Assembly: GCA_018715885.1 (NCBI GenBank)
Contig: DVKT01000022.1
Location: 24,119-88,118 of the forward strand
Reading direction: 5' to 3'
From: Candidatus Caccoplasma intestinavium
GTDB lineage: Bacteria; Bacteroidota; Bacteroidia; Bacteroidales; UBA11471
Length of the DNA: 64,000 nt
The notes under the pieces are model-generated. The model saw nothing but the letters and a program-made list of their open reading frames with translations, did no database searches and had not been told where the DNA came from. Shown here piece after piece: positions 21,257 to 30,925 of the stretch. Both the position numbers and the translations under genes were made by a program. Numbering within the stretch: the stretch's first letter is position 1; each line of letters starts with the position of its first letter.

Positions 21257-21889
21257 TTAATCGATAAATTTCACTTTCCCCATATCCCGAGGTTTGGCAG
21301 TCGGAGACTCATCGGGATAACCGACCCCTATCGCATAAAGTAACTCATAATCGTCGGGAAGTTGCAACTTTTCCACATATTCGGCCGCTTCGGGATTTTG
21401 CTTCATAAACGCTACCGGCCCGCCGAGACAACAAGTTCCAAGCCCCAAAGACTGCGCCGCCAAAATAATATTCTCTCCCATCAGGCCGCAATCGACTTGT
21501 GCTGCCCCATTTTTAGGAGACGCAATAAATATAACGGCAGGAGCATTACGGAACATGTTTTTGAAATCGGCATCTTGTTCGACCTTAGGGTTAGCAGCTT
21601 TGTATACAGCCGAAATGCCATCGATGTAAGAAGCATTATCGACAACACGTACCTGCCACTGTTGACGATTCACGGCATTGGGAGCATTAACTCCGCATTC
21701 GACCAACGTTTGCAAGATATCACGGGAAACCGGTTTATCTTGGTATTTCCTGATACTTCGTCGCTCCATAATCGTCTTTATTACGTCATTTTCATAACCA
21801 TTGTTTTCCTTTTTTTCATCGGAAGAAACCGCACAGGAAGACATAATAGCTGCGATACACACAAGCCCAAACCATTTATTTACTTTCAT
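21257..21889 (-). CDS. Nitroreductase-family lipoprotein
   Basis: 210 aa. Lipobox (IMSSC). RRSIRKY...APNAVNRQQW is a nitroreductase signature. Confidence 0.85.
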   Translation of the reverse strand: MKVNKWFGLVCIAAIMSSCAVSSDEKKENNGYENDVIKTIMERRSIRKYQDKPVSRDILQTLVECGVNAPNAVNRQQWQVRVVDNASYIDGISAVYKAANPKVEQDADFKNMFRNAPAVIFIASPKNGAAQVDCGLMGENIILAAQSLGLGTCCLGGPVAFMKQNPEAAEYVEKLQLPDDYELLYAIGVGYPDESPTAKPRDMGKVKFID

Positions 21890-21895
21890 ATCGTA

Positions 21896-22312
21896 TTATT
21901 TATGTTGTAAAACAAGTCCCATTACTTCGTCTTTTTTATCATTATAAAAAAAGAGTCGAGTCTTATCCGCCTCCTTTTTAATCGAGTATGTCGCAGTTTC
22001 ATTAAATGCTCTCATAATATCGGTCTCCGATGGAGAGTCGGGACATGCCATCATGGTTGTAGCCAGATTTTTCAATGCGACAGACTTCCCTTCTGAGACG
22101 GAATAAGGTCCGAAAAAACGATTGCAGCCGTTGCAACCTGCCACTCTCATCTCTTTCGTGTCGAATGTTATCATCGCCGTATCAGCCACAATTACAGGTT
22201 GACCATATGCCGTTTCTATAATCCAAGAACCCTCCAATGAAACAGATTCTGTGTTACACGCCGTGAATAACATAAAAAAAGCCCCAACGGCAAAGAATAA
22301 AAGTTTTTTCAT
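21896..22312 (-). CDS. META-domain (HslJ-like) lipoprotein
   Basis: 138 aa. Lipobox LFTAC. GCNGCNRFFGPY is a META motif. Confidence 0.75.
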   Translation of the reverse strand: MKKLLFFAVGAFFMLFTACNTESVSLEGSWIIETAYGQPVIVADTAMITFDTKEMRVAGCNGCNRFFGPYSVSEGKSVALKNLATTMMACPDSPSETDIMRAFNETATYSIKKEADKTRLFFYNDKKDEVMGLVLQHK

Positions 22313-22500
22313 AATTTCTCTTTTTTAATTGTATACCTCCATTTCAACAAATATACGTAAAAAAACAAATACCCCAAGCGACAGAACGTCAATTATTGCA
22401 TAAAATCCATAACCGAATACCGATCAAACATTCTTTTTGTCTCATTTTTAATTATTTATTTATCAATATTTATTCTTTCTCCGTAAAATAGAAAGAATAT

Positions 22501-22532
22501 TTTGAGTATGACAAACGATTTTTCTACCTTTG
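22501..22532 (+). promoter_or_regulatory. Bacteroides-type promoter (TTTG-N20-TACCTTTG) for tsaC
   Basis: TTTG at 22501..22504, a 20-nt spacer, then TACCTTTG at 22525..22532, 25 nt before ATG 22557. Confidence 0.5.
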
Positions 22533-22556
22533 TTTTCTCTAAAAAAGCAACAGAAT

Positions 22557-23120
22557 ATGGAAGATGATATAAAGAAAGCCTGCGAAATAATGGAGAAGGG
22601 AGGTATTATTTTATATCCAACCGATACCATTTGGGGCATCGGGTGCGATGCAACAAATGAAGATGCAGTAAAACGTGTCTACGAAATAAAAAAACGTATC
22701 GATAGCAAGGCTTTGATCGTCTTGGTCGACAAGCCGGTAAAAGTCGAATTTTATGTACGGGAAGTACCCGAAATTGCGTGGAATCTCATCGATGTTGCCG
22801 ATAAACCGTTGACTATCGTATATCCCAACGCCCGAAATCTGGCAACAAATGTTTTGGCCGATGACGGCAGCGTCGGCATACGCATTACACAAGAGACTTT
22901 CTCCCGTAAATTGTGTGAACGTTTCCGCAAGGCTATTGTCTCAACTTCGGCCAATATCAGCGGCCAACCTGCCCCTACCAACTTCAATGAAATAAGCGAT
23001 GAAATAAAACAAGCCGTCGACTATGTGGTAACCTACCGGCAAGACGACCCTTATCAACCATCGCCATCAAGTGTCATATGGATCGGGGAAGGCGGAGTCA
23101 TAAAAATATTGAGACCTTGA
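22557..23120 (+). CDS. tsaC: L-threonylcarbamoyladenylate synthase (YrdC/TsaC type)
   Basis: GGIILYPTDTIWGIGCDA and STSANISG motifs. Start set at MEDDIKK, downstream of the promoter. Confidence 0.85.
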   Translation: MEDDIKKACEIMEKGGIILYPTDTIWGIGCDATNEDAVKRVYEIKKRIDSKALIVLVDKPVKVEFYVREVPEIAWNLIDVADKPLTIVYPNARNLATNVLADDGSVGIRITQETFSRKLCERFRKAIVSTSANISGQPAPTNFNEISDEIKQAVDYVVTYRQDDPYQPSPSSVIWIGEGGVIKILRP

Positions 23121-23121
23121 T

Positions 23122-24534
23122 ATGAATGCCAAGCGACAAGTAGCCCAATATATCATTAGCGATCTGGTATCGACCAATATAGGTTGGCTTCTGTTCAACA
23201 TATTTCGATACTATCTGTTACCGATAAATAAAGAAATAGCATCTTTATCGGTCTACTTGTCTTATCATAAAATTATCGAAGGACAAATACTGTTCCCCGT
23301 TTTATTTTTGTGTATATTTTATTTATCGGGGTATTATAACCAGCCGTTTCTGAAATCGCGCCTCGAAGAGTTTTTCACCACTCTGTATTCTTTGCTGATC
23401 GGTACATTGATTATTTTCTTCATAGCCATTATCAACGACCTTTCTTATGGTGATTACGGATATAGCGCATTTATAGGGATCTTTGTAATACTATTTGCCT
23501 GTGTGTATCCTTGTCGCGCAATCATTACCGGATATGCTACCCGACAAATACACTCGGGAAAATGGGGATATAATACACTTATCATCGGTGCGGGTAAAAA
23601 TGCACATGCTTTGGCTCGCGAAATAAATCGACAAAATCAGTCTCCGGGTTTCCGTTTAATCGGATATATAAAAAATGAAAGCGATACGACACAAAATCCG
23701 TCGGACGACCTACCCCAATTCCAACCGGAATATTTATCCGATATTATTCGGAATAAACGCATAAAACGGCTGATCGTAGCTCTCGATAAAAACGATTGGC
23801 GTTCAATACAAAAAGAGACGAATATTTTATACGGATATGACTTGCCCATATTGGTCTCGACCGATAATTATGAGACACTTTTCTCTCGCGTAAAAATGAC
23901 GAATATTCTCGGGACTCCACTTATCGATATTACGACGTGCGCACTATCGGAAAGCCAGAAAAATATCAAGAGACTATGCGATATTTTATTCTCTGCCATA
24001 GCACTTGTTTTGCTTTTGCCGATATTCCTTTTTATAGCCACAGCCATAAAACTCACATCAGCAGGAAATGTTTTCTATAAACAAAAACGGGTAGGTCTGC
24101 GGAGAAAAGATTTTACATTATACAAATTCAGAAGCATGATTTCCGATGCCGAAAACGGGACTCCGACGCTATCGAGCGAAAATGATCCCCGCATCACTCC
24201 TTTCGGAAAATTTCTGAGGAAATACCGTCTTGACGAGTTGCCCCAATTTTGGAATATTCTTAAAGGGGATATGTCTCTGGTCGGTCCCCGTCCCGAAAGA
24301 CGTTATTACGTCGAACAACTTTTGCTACAAGTTCCCCATTACAGTCTCATACATCAGCTACGACCGGGACTTACGTCTTGGGGAATGGTGAAATACGGAT
24401 ATGCCCGTAATGTCGAAGAGATGGCCGAAAGACTCAAATACGAGATGCTTTATCTCGAAAATATTTCATTGATTCTCGATTTGAAAATTATAATTTACAC
24501 GATAAAAACGGTTTTTACCGGGAAAGGTATTTAA
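23122..24534 (+). CDS. Polyprenyl-phosphate hexose-1-phosphate transferase (WbaP/WcaJ-like sugar transferase)
   Basis: 470 aa with N-terminal TMs. C-terminal bacterial sugar transferase domain (KRLCDILFS..., YKFRSM, DELPQFWNILKGDMSLVGPRP). Confidence 0.85.
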   Translation: MNAKRQVAQYIISDLVSTNIGWLLFNIFRYYLLPINKEIASLSVYLSYHKIIEGQILFPVLFLCIFYLSGYYNQPFLKSRLEEFFTTLYSLLIGTLIIFFIAIINDLSYGDYGYSAFIGIFVILFACVYPCRAIITGYATRQIHSGKWGYNTLIIGAGKNAHALAREINRQNQSPGFRLIGYIKNESDTTQNPSDDLPQFQPEYLSDIIRNKRIKRLIVALDKNDWRSIQKETNILYGYDLPILVSTDNYETLFSRVKMTNILGTPLIDITTCALSESQKNIKRLCDILFSAIALVLLLPIFLFIATAIKLTSAGNVFYKQKRVGLRRKDFTLYKFRSMISDAENGTPTLSSENDPRITPFGKFLRKYRLDELPQFWNILKGDMSLVGPRPERRYYVEQLLLQVPHYSLIHQLRPGLTSWGMVKYGYARNVEEMAERLKYEMLYLENISLILDLKIIIYTIKTVFTGKGI

Positions 24535-24538
24535 ATAA

Positions 24539-26320
24539 ATGAAACAGGATTTGTTTCTGAAAATTCTTGTATGGCGAGAAAAACATATCAAGGAAAAAGA
24601 TTTTATCTTGATATTAAGCTTTTTCATCGGACTTTTGGGTGCGGTAGCTGCCCTTATGTTGAAAGAAGCCATACATTTGATACAAAAAATCCTCACCAAC
24701 CATTTCTCGATAGACGGGGCAAACTACTTGTACCTCCTATACCCGATTATCGGTATAGGACTATCTTGGCTTTATGTGCACTATATCGTAAAAGATGATA
24801 TAAGCCACGGTGTTACAAGAGTTTTATATGCTATATCACAGCGCAAAAGCCGATTGAAGCCCCATAATATGTATAGTTCCGTGGTCGCCAGTTCCATTAC
24901 CATAGGCTTCGGCGGATCGGTAGGAGCCGAAGCTCCTATCGTGTACACGGGTGCAGCTATCGGGTCGAACTTGGGGAAACTTTTCCGGCTCGACCCGCGT
25001 ACCCTCATGCTACTGGTCGGGTGCGGTGCGGCAGCCGGAATCGCAGGAATCTTCAAAGCCCCGTTCGCAGGCCTGCTTTTCACAATAGAAGTTTTGATGA
25101 TAGACCTTACGGCAACTTCCATCATGCCTCTTATCGTTGCTTCGGCCACAGCTGCTACGGTTACTTATATTGTCTCGGGGGGCGACGCGCAATTTGCGAT
25201 CGACCACACCGAAGCATTCTCATATAACCGTCTTCCTTATGTCTTTTTATTAGGCATCTGTTGCGGATTTGTCTCTCTCTATTTCACACGAATGATATAT
25301 TTCCTCGAAGGCATATTTAAAAAAATGAAAAAGCCTATTTGGAAATTTCTTTTAGGCTCTATTATACTCAGCACGACCATATTCGTTTTTCCCCCATTAT
25401 ACGGTGAAGGGTATGATTCCATTATAAAACTATTGGGAGGGCATGCCGATACCATTACCGACGAAAGTTTTTTCTATGCTTGGAAAGACAATTTCGGCGT
25501 ATTGGCTCTATTTCTCGCTCTTATCGTCCTTTTCAAGGTATTCGCCACGGCCGCGACCAATGGAGGCGGAGGTGTAGGCGGAACATTTGCCCCCAGTTTG
25601 TATGTAGGTTGTATATTCGGCTTTCTGTTCGCATTTTTGGTCAACCATTTCAATCCTTTTGCCATTTCGCTATCCACTACTAATTTTGCTCTTATGGGTA
25701 TGGCAGGGGTCATGTCGGGGGTCATGCACGCCCCATTGATGGCTCTATTCCTTACGGCTGAACTGACCGGTAGTTATGACTTATTTTTACCTTTAATGAT
25801 AACTTCGGCCGTTGCATTTTGGACCATCAGAATGTTCGAATCCCACAGTATCTACACATTGCGTCTGGCTCAAAAAGGAGAATTGATTACTCATCATAAA
25901 GACAAGGCTGTACTCACATTATTAAAAATAGACAGTGTCATAGAAACCGATTTCTTACCGGTTCAACCCGAAATGACTCTTGGAGATATGGTAAAAGTCA
26001 TCTCCAAATCTCATCGAAACATCTTTCCTGTGCTGGATCAAAACGGAATCATGCTCGGAATCGTATTGCTCGATGATATACGGAACATTATGTTCCGCAC
26101 AGAATTATACGACCGTTTCAAAGTAAGAACATTTATGACTATTCCTCCCGGAAAAATAGAAATAGGAATGCCGATGGAGCAGGTTATGAAAATCTTTGAC
26201 GAAACAAATGCATGGAATTTACCCGTCGTCGATGAGCAAGGAAAATATATAGGCTTTGTATCGAAATCAAAAATATTCAACTCTTACCGTCGTGTTTTGG
26301 TACATTTCTCTCAAGACTAA
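24539..26320 (+). CDS. ClC-family chloride channel/antiporter with a C-terminal CBS pair
   Basis: 593 aa. GSVGAEAP and GIFKAPFAG selectivity motifs. The C-terminal region is CBS-like. Confidence 0.9.
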   Translation: MKQDLFLKILVWREKHIKEKDFILILSFFIGLLGAVAALMLKEAIHLIQKILTNHFSIDGANYLYLLYPIIGIGLSWLYVHYIVKDDISHGVTRVLYAISQRKSRLKPHNMYSSVVASSITIGFGGSVGAEAPIVYTGAAIGSNLGKLFRLDPRTLMLLVGCGAAAGIAGIFKAPFAGLLFTIEVLMIDLTATSIMPLIVASATAATVTYIVSGGDAQFAIDHTEAFSYNRLPYVFLLGICCGFVSLYFTRMIYFLEGIFKKMKKPIWKFLLGSIILSTTIFVFPPLYGEGYDSIIKLLGGHADTITDESFFYAWKDNFGVLALFLALIVLFKVFATAATNGGGGVGGTFAPSLYVGCIFGFLFAFLVNHFNPFAISLSTTNFALMGMAGVMSGVMHAPLMALFLTAELTGSYDLFLPLMITSAVAFWTIRMFESHSIYTLRLAQKGELITHHKDKAVLTLLKIDSVIETDFLPVQPEMTLGDMVKVISKSHRNIFPVLDQNGIMLGIVLLDDIRNIMFRTELYDRFKVRTFMTIPPGKIEIGMPMEQVMKIFDETNAWNLPVVDEQGKYIGFVSKSKIFNSYRRVLVHFSQD

Positions 26321-26329
26321 AAAATAAGT

Positions 26330-27301
26330 ATGAAAAAAGAAAATCTGCGTATCGTATATATGGGAACCCCCGATTTTGCCGTAGAAAGCCTCAAACGATT
26401 GGTGGAAAAAGGCTATAATATCGTAGGGGTCATCACCATGCCCGACAAACCGGCCGGCAGAGGCCATAAAATACAATTCTCTCCGGTCAAACAATATGCT
26501 TTATCTCAGAATCTCCCGCTCCTCCAACCCGAAAAGCTGAAAGATGAAAACTTCTTAAAGGCTTTACGCGAATGGAATGCCGACCTTCAAATTGTCGTTG
26601 CATTCCGCATGCTTCCCGAAGTCGTATGGAACATGCCCCGATTGGGAACATTCAACTTACACGCCTCACTTCTACCGCAATATCGGGGTGCAGCACCTAT
26701 AAATTGGGCCATTATCAATGGCGATACAATGACAGGGGTAACGACTTTCTTTCTCTCCCATGCCATAGACACAGGACGCATCATCATGCAACGCACCTTG
26801 CCTATCACTTCCGAAGACAATGCAGGAACGATACATGATAAGCTGATGTTTTTGGGTGCTGACATGGTTACAGATACAGTCGATGAAATCTTGGAGGGGA
26901 ATATATCCTGCATCGAACAAGACAGCATCGAACCAAAAGAACTGCTGCGACAGGCTCCTAAAATTTTCAAAGAAGATTGCCGTATCGATTGGAACCGACC
27001 GGCCCGATATATACACGATTTCGTTCGAGGCCTTTCTCCTTATCCCGCCGCTTGGTGCGAATGGAAAGACGACACGAATATCTACTCTCCCATAAAAATA
27101 TTCCAAACGGAAATATCGGAAGAGATGACGAATAATCTTCCTGCCGGAACAATCCGTACTGATGGAAAAACGTATATCGAGATCAAATGCGGACAAGATG
27201 CTCTCCGTATATTATCCTTGCAACTTCCCGGGAAAAAGAGATTGACCGTAGAAGAATTACTTCGCGGATTTCCCTTGAACAATTCGTTCATAAGCAGATA
27301 A
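26330..27301 (+). CDS. fmt: Methionyl-tRNA formyltransferase
   Basis: 323 aa. MGTPDFAV, PDKPAGRG and NLHASLLPQYRGAAPI motifs. Confidence 0.95.
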   Translation: MKKENLRIVYMGTPDFAVESLKRLVEKGYNIVGVITMPDKPAGRGHKIQFSPVKQYALSQNLPLLQPEKLKDENFLKALREWNADLQIVVAFRMLPEVVWNMPRLGTFNLHASLLPQYRGAAPINWAIINGDTMTGVTTFFLSHAIDTGRIIMQRTLPITSEDNAGTIHDKLMFLGADMVTDTVDEILEGNISCIEQDSIEPKELLRQAPKIFKEDCRIDWNRPARYIHDFVRGLSPYPAAWCEWKDDTNIYSPIKIFQTEISEEMTNNLPAGTIRTDGKTYIEIKCGQDALRILSLQLPGKKRLTVEELLRGFPLNNSFISR

Positions 27302-27360
27302 AAATAAAGACAGGGTATCTTTTAAAGGATACCCTTGTCTTTATTTTGGGAAATATCGAA

Positions 27361-28041
27361 TTACCACTTATATCGATCCCAATCTATTCCTTCTTTTAAT
27401 GGTTTTGCCGGTAGTCCTCCATATATTGTATTGGATTTCTCCAAAATACCCGAAACGACAGCACTGTTAGCAATAATGCAAGAATGAGCAATTCGACTAC
27501 CTTTTAAAACTCTCGTATGGGCAGTCAACCATACGTGATTTCCAATGACAACAGGTTGTGCATAATTTGTTCGCCTCTGTTCAGTTATATCAATGATTGT
27601 ATGGCTATCTCCATTCCTGATCTCTATGTCATTGGAAAACATACAATCATTTCCTATCACTATTTTCTCGCCCTCGGTAGATGCTATATGACCACCTTCC
27701 ATCGTAAAATCTTTCCCCACAACAATAGTACTGTTATCATCTTGTAACCAAAATTGTGTGTTCGAAACGATAGTATTTCCTCCACCGATCTCCAATACAC
27801 AATTATTTCCCAAAAGGACTATATAACAATTATTCAACCGGGTTTTTCTTCCCAAAACGATGGTATTATTTATCCCCTTGATCTCAAACTTAACCCGATT
27901 TAAAAAAGCTCCTTTCTTCCTGATTTTGATTTTATTCCGTCCCAAACAATATCTCCAACTATTATTACGATGCACCATATTATACATATACGCCGCAATA
28001 TCCATCATTCTTGGATTTTTCTTTATTATATCTTTTAGCAT
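27361..28041 (-). CDS. Hexapeptide-repeat (left-handed beta-helix) acyl/acetyltransferase
   Basis: 226 aa. Repeats such as IGNHVWLTAHTRVLKGSRIAHSCIIANSAVV. Confidence 0.75.
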   Translation of the reverse strand: MLKDIIKKNPRMMDIAAYMYNMVHRNNSWRYCLGRNKIKIRKKGAFLNRVKFEIKGINNTIVLGRKTRLNNCYIVLLGNNCVLEIGGGNTIVSNTQFWLQDDNSTIVVGKDFTMEGGHIASTEGEKIVIGNDCMFSNDIEIRNGDSHTIIDITEQRRTNYAQPVVIGNHVWLTAHTRVLKGSRIAHSCIIANSAVVSGILEKSNTIYGGLPAKPLKEGIDWDRYKW

Positions 28042-28160
28042 AAAAACAATTTTTACACATAATTATTTCTATGCAAAGCCATAAATAGTGTATGGCTAAG
28101 AGACTTGTTTTTAAGAAAAATTTATTTTTTGTTTTTTAGGAGCAGAAACCTATAATATCC

Positions 28161-29474
28161 TTATCTCCCAATAGAAAGATACGCAAACCCGAGTTTCTTC
28201 AACTCTTCCGCATCATAAATATTACGCCCATCTATGACGAGCGGTGTTTTCATCGCTTTTTTTATAACGCCCCAACTCGGCATACGGAATTGTTTCCATT
28301 CCGTATGCAACAGTAATGCGTCCGCCTCCAAAACAGCTTCATACATATCTGCTGCATACTCTACACTATTTCCTATCCGACGGCGGCATTCTTTCATTGA
28401 TACCGGATCATAGACTTTCACTCGACAACCCGAATCCTGTAACAACCGTATTGTAACCAACGATGTCGCTTCTCGCATATCATCGGTCTCCGGCTTGAAC
28501 GATAATCCCCAGAGTGCAACCGTCTTGCCTGCCAAATCACCGTTGTAGTATTTCTCCAATTTCCGATAAAGGACTTGCTTTTGGGCCTCATTTACCTCTT
28601 CTACGGCATGCAATACTTTCATCGTATATCCGGCCTTTTCGGCTGTTCTAATCAACGCCTTGACATCTTTGGGAAAACAACTTCCTCCGTATCCGCACCC
28701 GGGATAGAGAAACTTCGAGCCGATACGGCTGTCGCTCCCTATACCTTTGCGAACCATGTTCACGTCGGCTCCTACCAATTCGCATAGATTGGCAATGTCG
28801 TTCATGAACGAGATACGAGTGGCCAGCATCGAATTGGCTGCATACTTGATCATCTCTGCCGAGGGTATATCGGTAAAAATAACCCGGAAATTATTCAACA
28901 GGAAAGGACGATACAGGCGACTCATCTTCTCTCGTGCTTGTTCGCTTTCCACTCCTACCACCACCCGATCGGGAGACATGAAGTCTTTTATGGCGGCTCC
29001 TTCTTTGAGAAACTCTGGATTGGAGGCAACATCAAAAGGGGTATTCTCGCCTCGCTTCTTCAATTCTTCTTCTATGACTTTCTTTACTTTCCGAGCCGTT
29101 CCCACAGGGACGGTACTCTTGGTAACCAATATGGTATATTTCTTGATATGACGACCGAATGTGCGGGCTACCGACAATACATATTGAAGGTCGGCACTGC
29201 CGTCTTCGTCGGGAGGTGTGCCTACCGCAGAGAAAACTATTTCTACGTCATCGATGCACTGGGACAAATCGGTCGTGAAATGTAACCGACCTTCCCGGGT
29301 GTTGCGTAAAACCAGTTCGTCAAGCCCCGGTTCATAAATAGGAATTTTTCCTTGCAACAGCCCTTCTATCTTATTCGCATCTACATCTACACAGGTTACA
29401 TCTATACCCATCTCGGCAAAGCATGTCCCCGAGACCAACCCTACATATCCTGTCCCTACTATCGCTATCTTCAT
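28161..29474 (-). CDS. ugd: UDP-glucose 6-dehydrogenase
   Basis: 437 aa. MKIAIVGTGYVGLV Rossmann start. Catalytic GYGGSCFPKD motif. Confidence 0.9.
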   Translation of the reverse strand: MKIAIVGTGYVGLVSGTCFAEMGIDVTCVDVDANKIEGLLQGKIPIYEPGLDELVLRNTREGRLHFTTDLSQCIDDVEIVFSAVGTPPDEDGSADLQYVLSVARTFGRHIKKYTILVTKSTVPVGTARKVKKVIEEELKKRGENTPFDVASNPEFLKEGAAIKDFMSPDRVVVGVESEQAREKMSRLYRPFLLNNFRVIFTDIPSAEMIKYAANSMLATRISFMNDIANLCELVGADVNMVRKGIGSDSRIGSKFLYPGCGYGGSCFPKDVKALIRTAEKAGYTMKVLHAVEEVNEAQKQVLYRKLEKYYNGDLAGKTVALWGLSFKPETDDMREATSLVTIRLLQDSGCRVKVYDPVSMKECRRRIGNSVEYAADMYEAVLEADALLLHTEWKQFRMPSWGVIKKAMKTPLVIDGRNIYDAEELKKLGFAYLSIGR

Positions 29475-29488
29475 ATCGTTACCGCGGT

Positions 29489-30871
29489 TTATACGGCGTT
29501 CTCATCGCCTTTCAATAAGAGAACAAAGGTGAGAAATATTATTTTCAAATCCAATAAGATGTTCCAGTTTTCGATATACCAAATGTCGTATTCGACCCTT
29601 TTTTCCATCTGCCACAATTCCCGGGTTTCTCCCCTGTAACCGTTGATCTGCGCCCAACCGGTAAGACCGGGTTTCACGAAATGGCGTACCATATATTTTT
29701 CTATAATGGCAGAATAATCTCGGGTATGCTTCAACATGTGAGGGCGCGGCCCGACAAAAGACATATCTCCCTTTAAAATATTAAAAATTTGCGGCAGTTC
29801 GTCGAGGCTTGTTTTACGTAAAAAATGTCCGATTCGCGTAATACGCGGATCGTTGGCTGTTGCTTGTAATTTATCGGCATCTACATTAATACGCATTGTC
29901 CTAAACTTTAAGCAATTAAACTCTTTTCCCATATATCCGGTACGTTTCTGCCGAAAAAGAACTGGGCCAGGAGAAGAGAGCTTTACCATGAATGCAATCG
30001 GCAAATACCATATAGGGGCCAACAAAGTAATGATCAAAGACAAAAGGAAGTCAAAAAATCGTTTCGCACATCGCCCTGTCCACCTTTGCAACGGTTCTTT
30101 GCAAATCGAAAGTAATGGTATATTCCCCATTATCTGATAATGCAGCCGTCGAGGTATATACTGTGATATTTCCGGCAAAATAAAGAAACGGATTCCATTT
30201 TGTTCCGAGAAATACAACAAATCTATAATCTTCCTATTCTCTTTATCGGGTAATGCGCAATATATTTCATCGACTTGATTATCGAGACAAAACGTCCCGA
30301 CCGCTCCTATATCTCCCCTAAACTGCGGAACGAATTTCTCAAAAGACATATCATTATCGAAAAAGCCCAAGAAGCGGAAACCATATCCTGCATCGGATTG
30401 CAACTCATTATACAAAGAAATCCCCGCCGGACCTGCACCGACGATAACGACACGTTTGAAATTATATCCGCGACTGCGAATATATCGAAGTATCCGGTTC
30501 GATAACAACCACCAAAGATTCAAGATACAGAAGAAAAAGGCAAAAAGCAGTAACAATCTCGTCGAATCGATATAGACTTTCACACATGCCATACATGCCG
30601 AAAATACCAAAAAAGAGAAAAAAACCGATTCCGATGCTATCAGCAGCAATCGGTCGATGCACACGATACGCATATTATGTACATACCTGAAAAAAAAGGC
30701 TATGGGCAAATACGACAAATTCAATAAAAGGCAAACGATTCTTCTCGAAAGGGCATCGGTAAAGGTATCGGGATAAAAATATAATAAAAGCAAAAAGGCG
30801 ACATTGAGACACACAAAGTCGCCTAAGGTTATTAGTTTACTAATTAAATGACCGAAACCTTTCCTTATCAT
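29489..30871 (-). CDS. Undecaprenyl-phosphate glucose/galactose phosphotransferase (WcaJ-like sugar transferase), second copy in the window
   Basis: 460 aa. TMs plus KRFFDFLLS..., LKFRTM and DELPQIFNILKGDMSFVGPRP. Confidence 0.85.
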   Translation of the reverse strand: MIRKGFGHLISKLITLGDFVCLNVAFLLLLYFYPDTFTDALSRRIVCLLLNLSYLPIAFFFRYVHNMRIVCIDRLLLIASESVFFSFLVFSACMACVKVYIDSTRLLLLFAFFFCILNLWWLLSNRILRYIRSRGYNFKRVVIVGAGPAGISLYNELQSDAGYGFRFLGFFDNDMSFEKFVPQFRGDIGAVGTFCLDNQVDEIYCALPDKENRKIIDLLYFSEQNGIRFFILPEISQYIPRRLHYQIMGNIPLLSICKEPLQRWTGRCAKRFFDFLLSLIITLLAPIWYLPIAFMVKLSSPGPVLFRQKRTGYMGKEFNCLKFRTMRINVDADKLQATANDPRITRIGHFLRKTSLDELPQIFNILKGDMSFVGPRPHMLKHTRDYSAIIEKYMVRHFVKPGLTGWAQINGYRGETRELWQMEKRVEYDIWYIENWNILLDLKIIFLTFVLLLKGDENAV

Positions 30872-30925
30872 AATAATAGGTTTATGATATGATAACGAAA
30901 AATTCGATACGGATATTATACCGTA

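Noticed and set aside
18085-21300. Direct repeat of the tRNA-Pro 3' end (att-site scar) that would delimit an integrated island
   Set aside because: I found no copy of the tRNA 3' segment (…tcgccaccccga) downstream, and no integrase gene is present. The island hypothesis rests on composition only.
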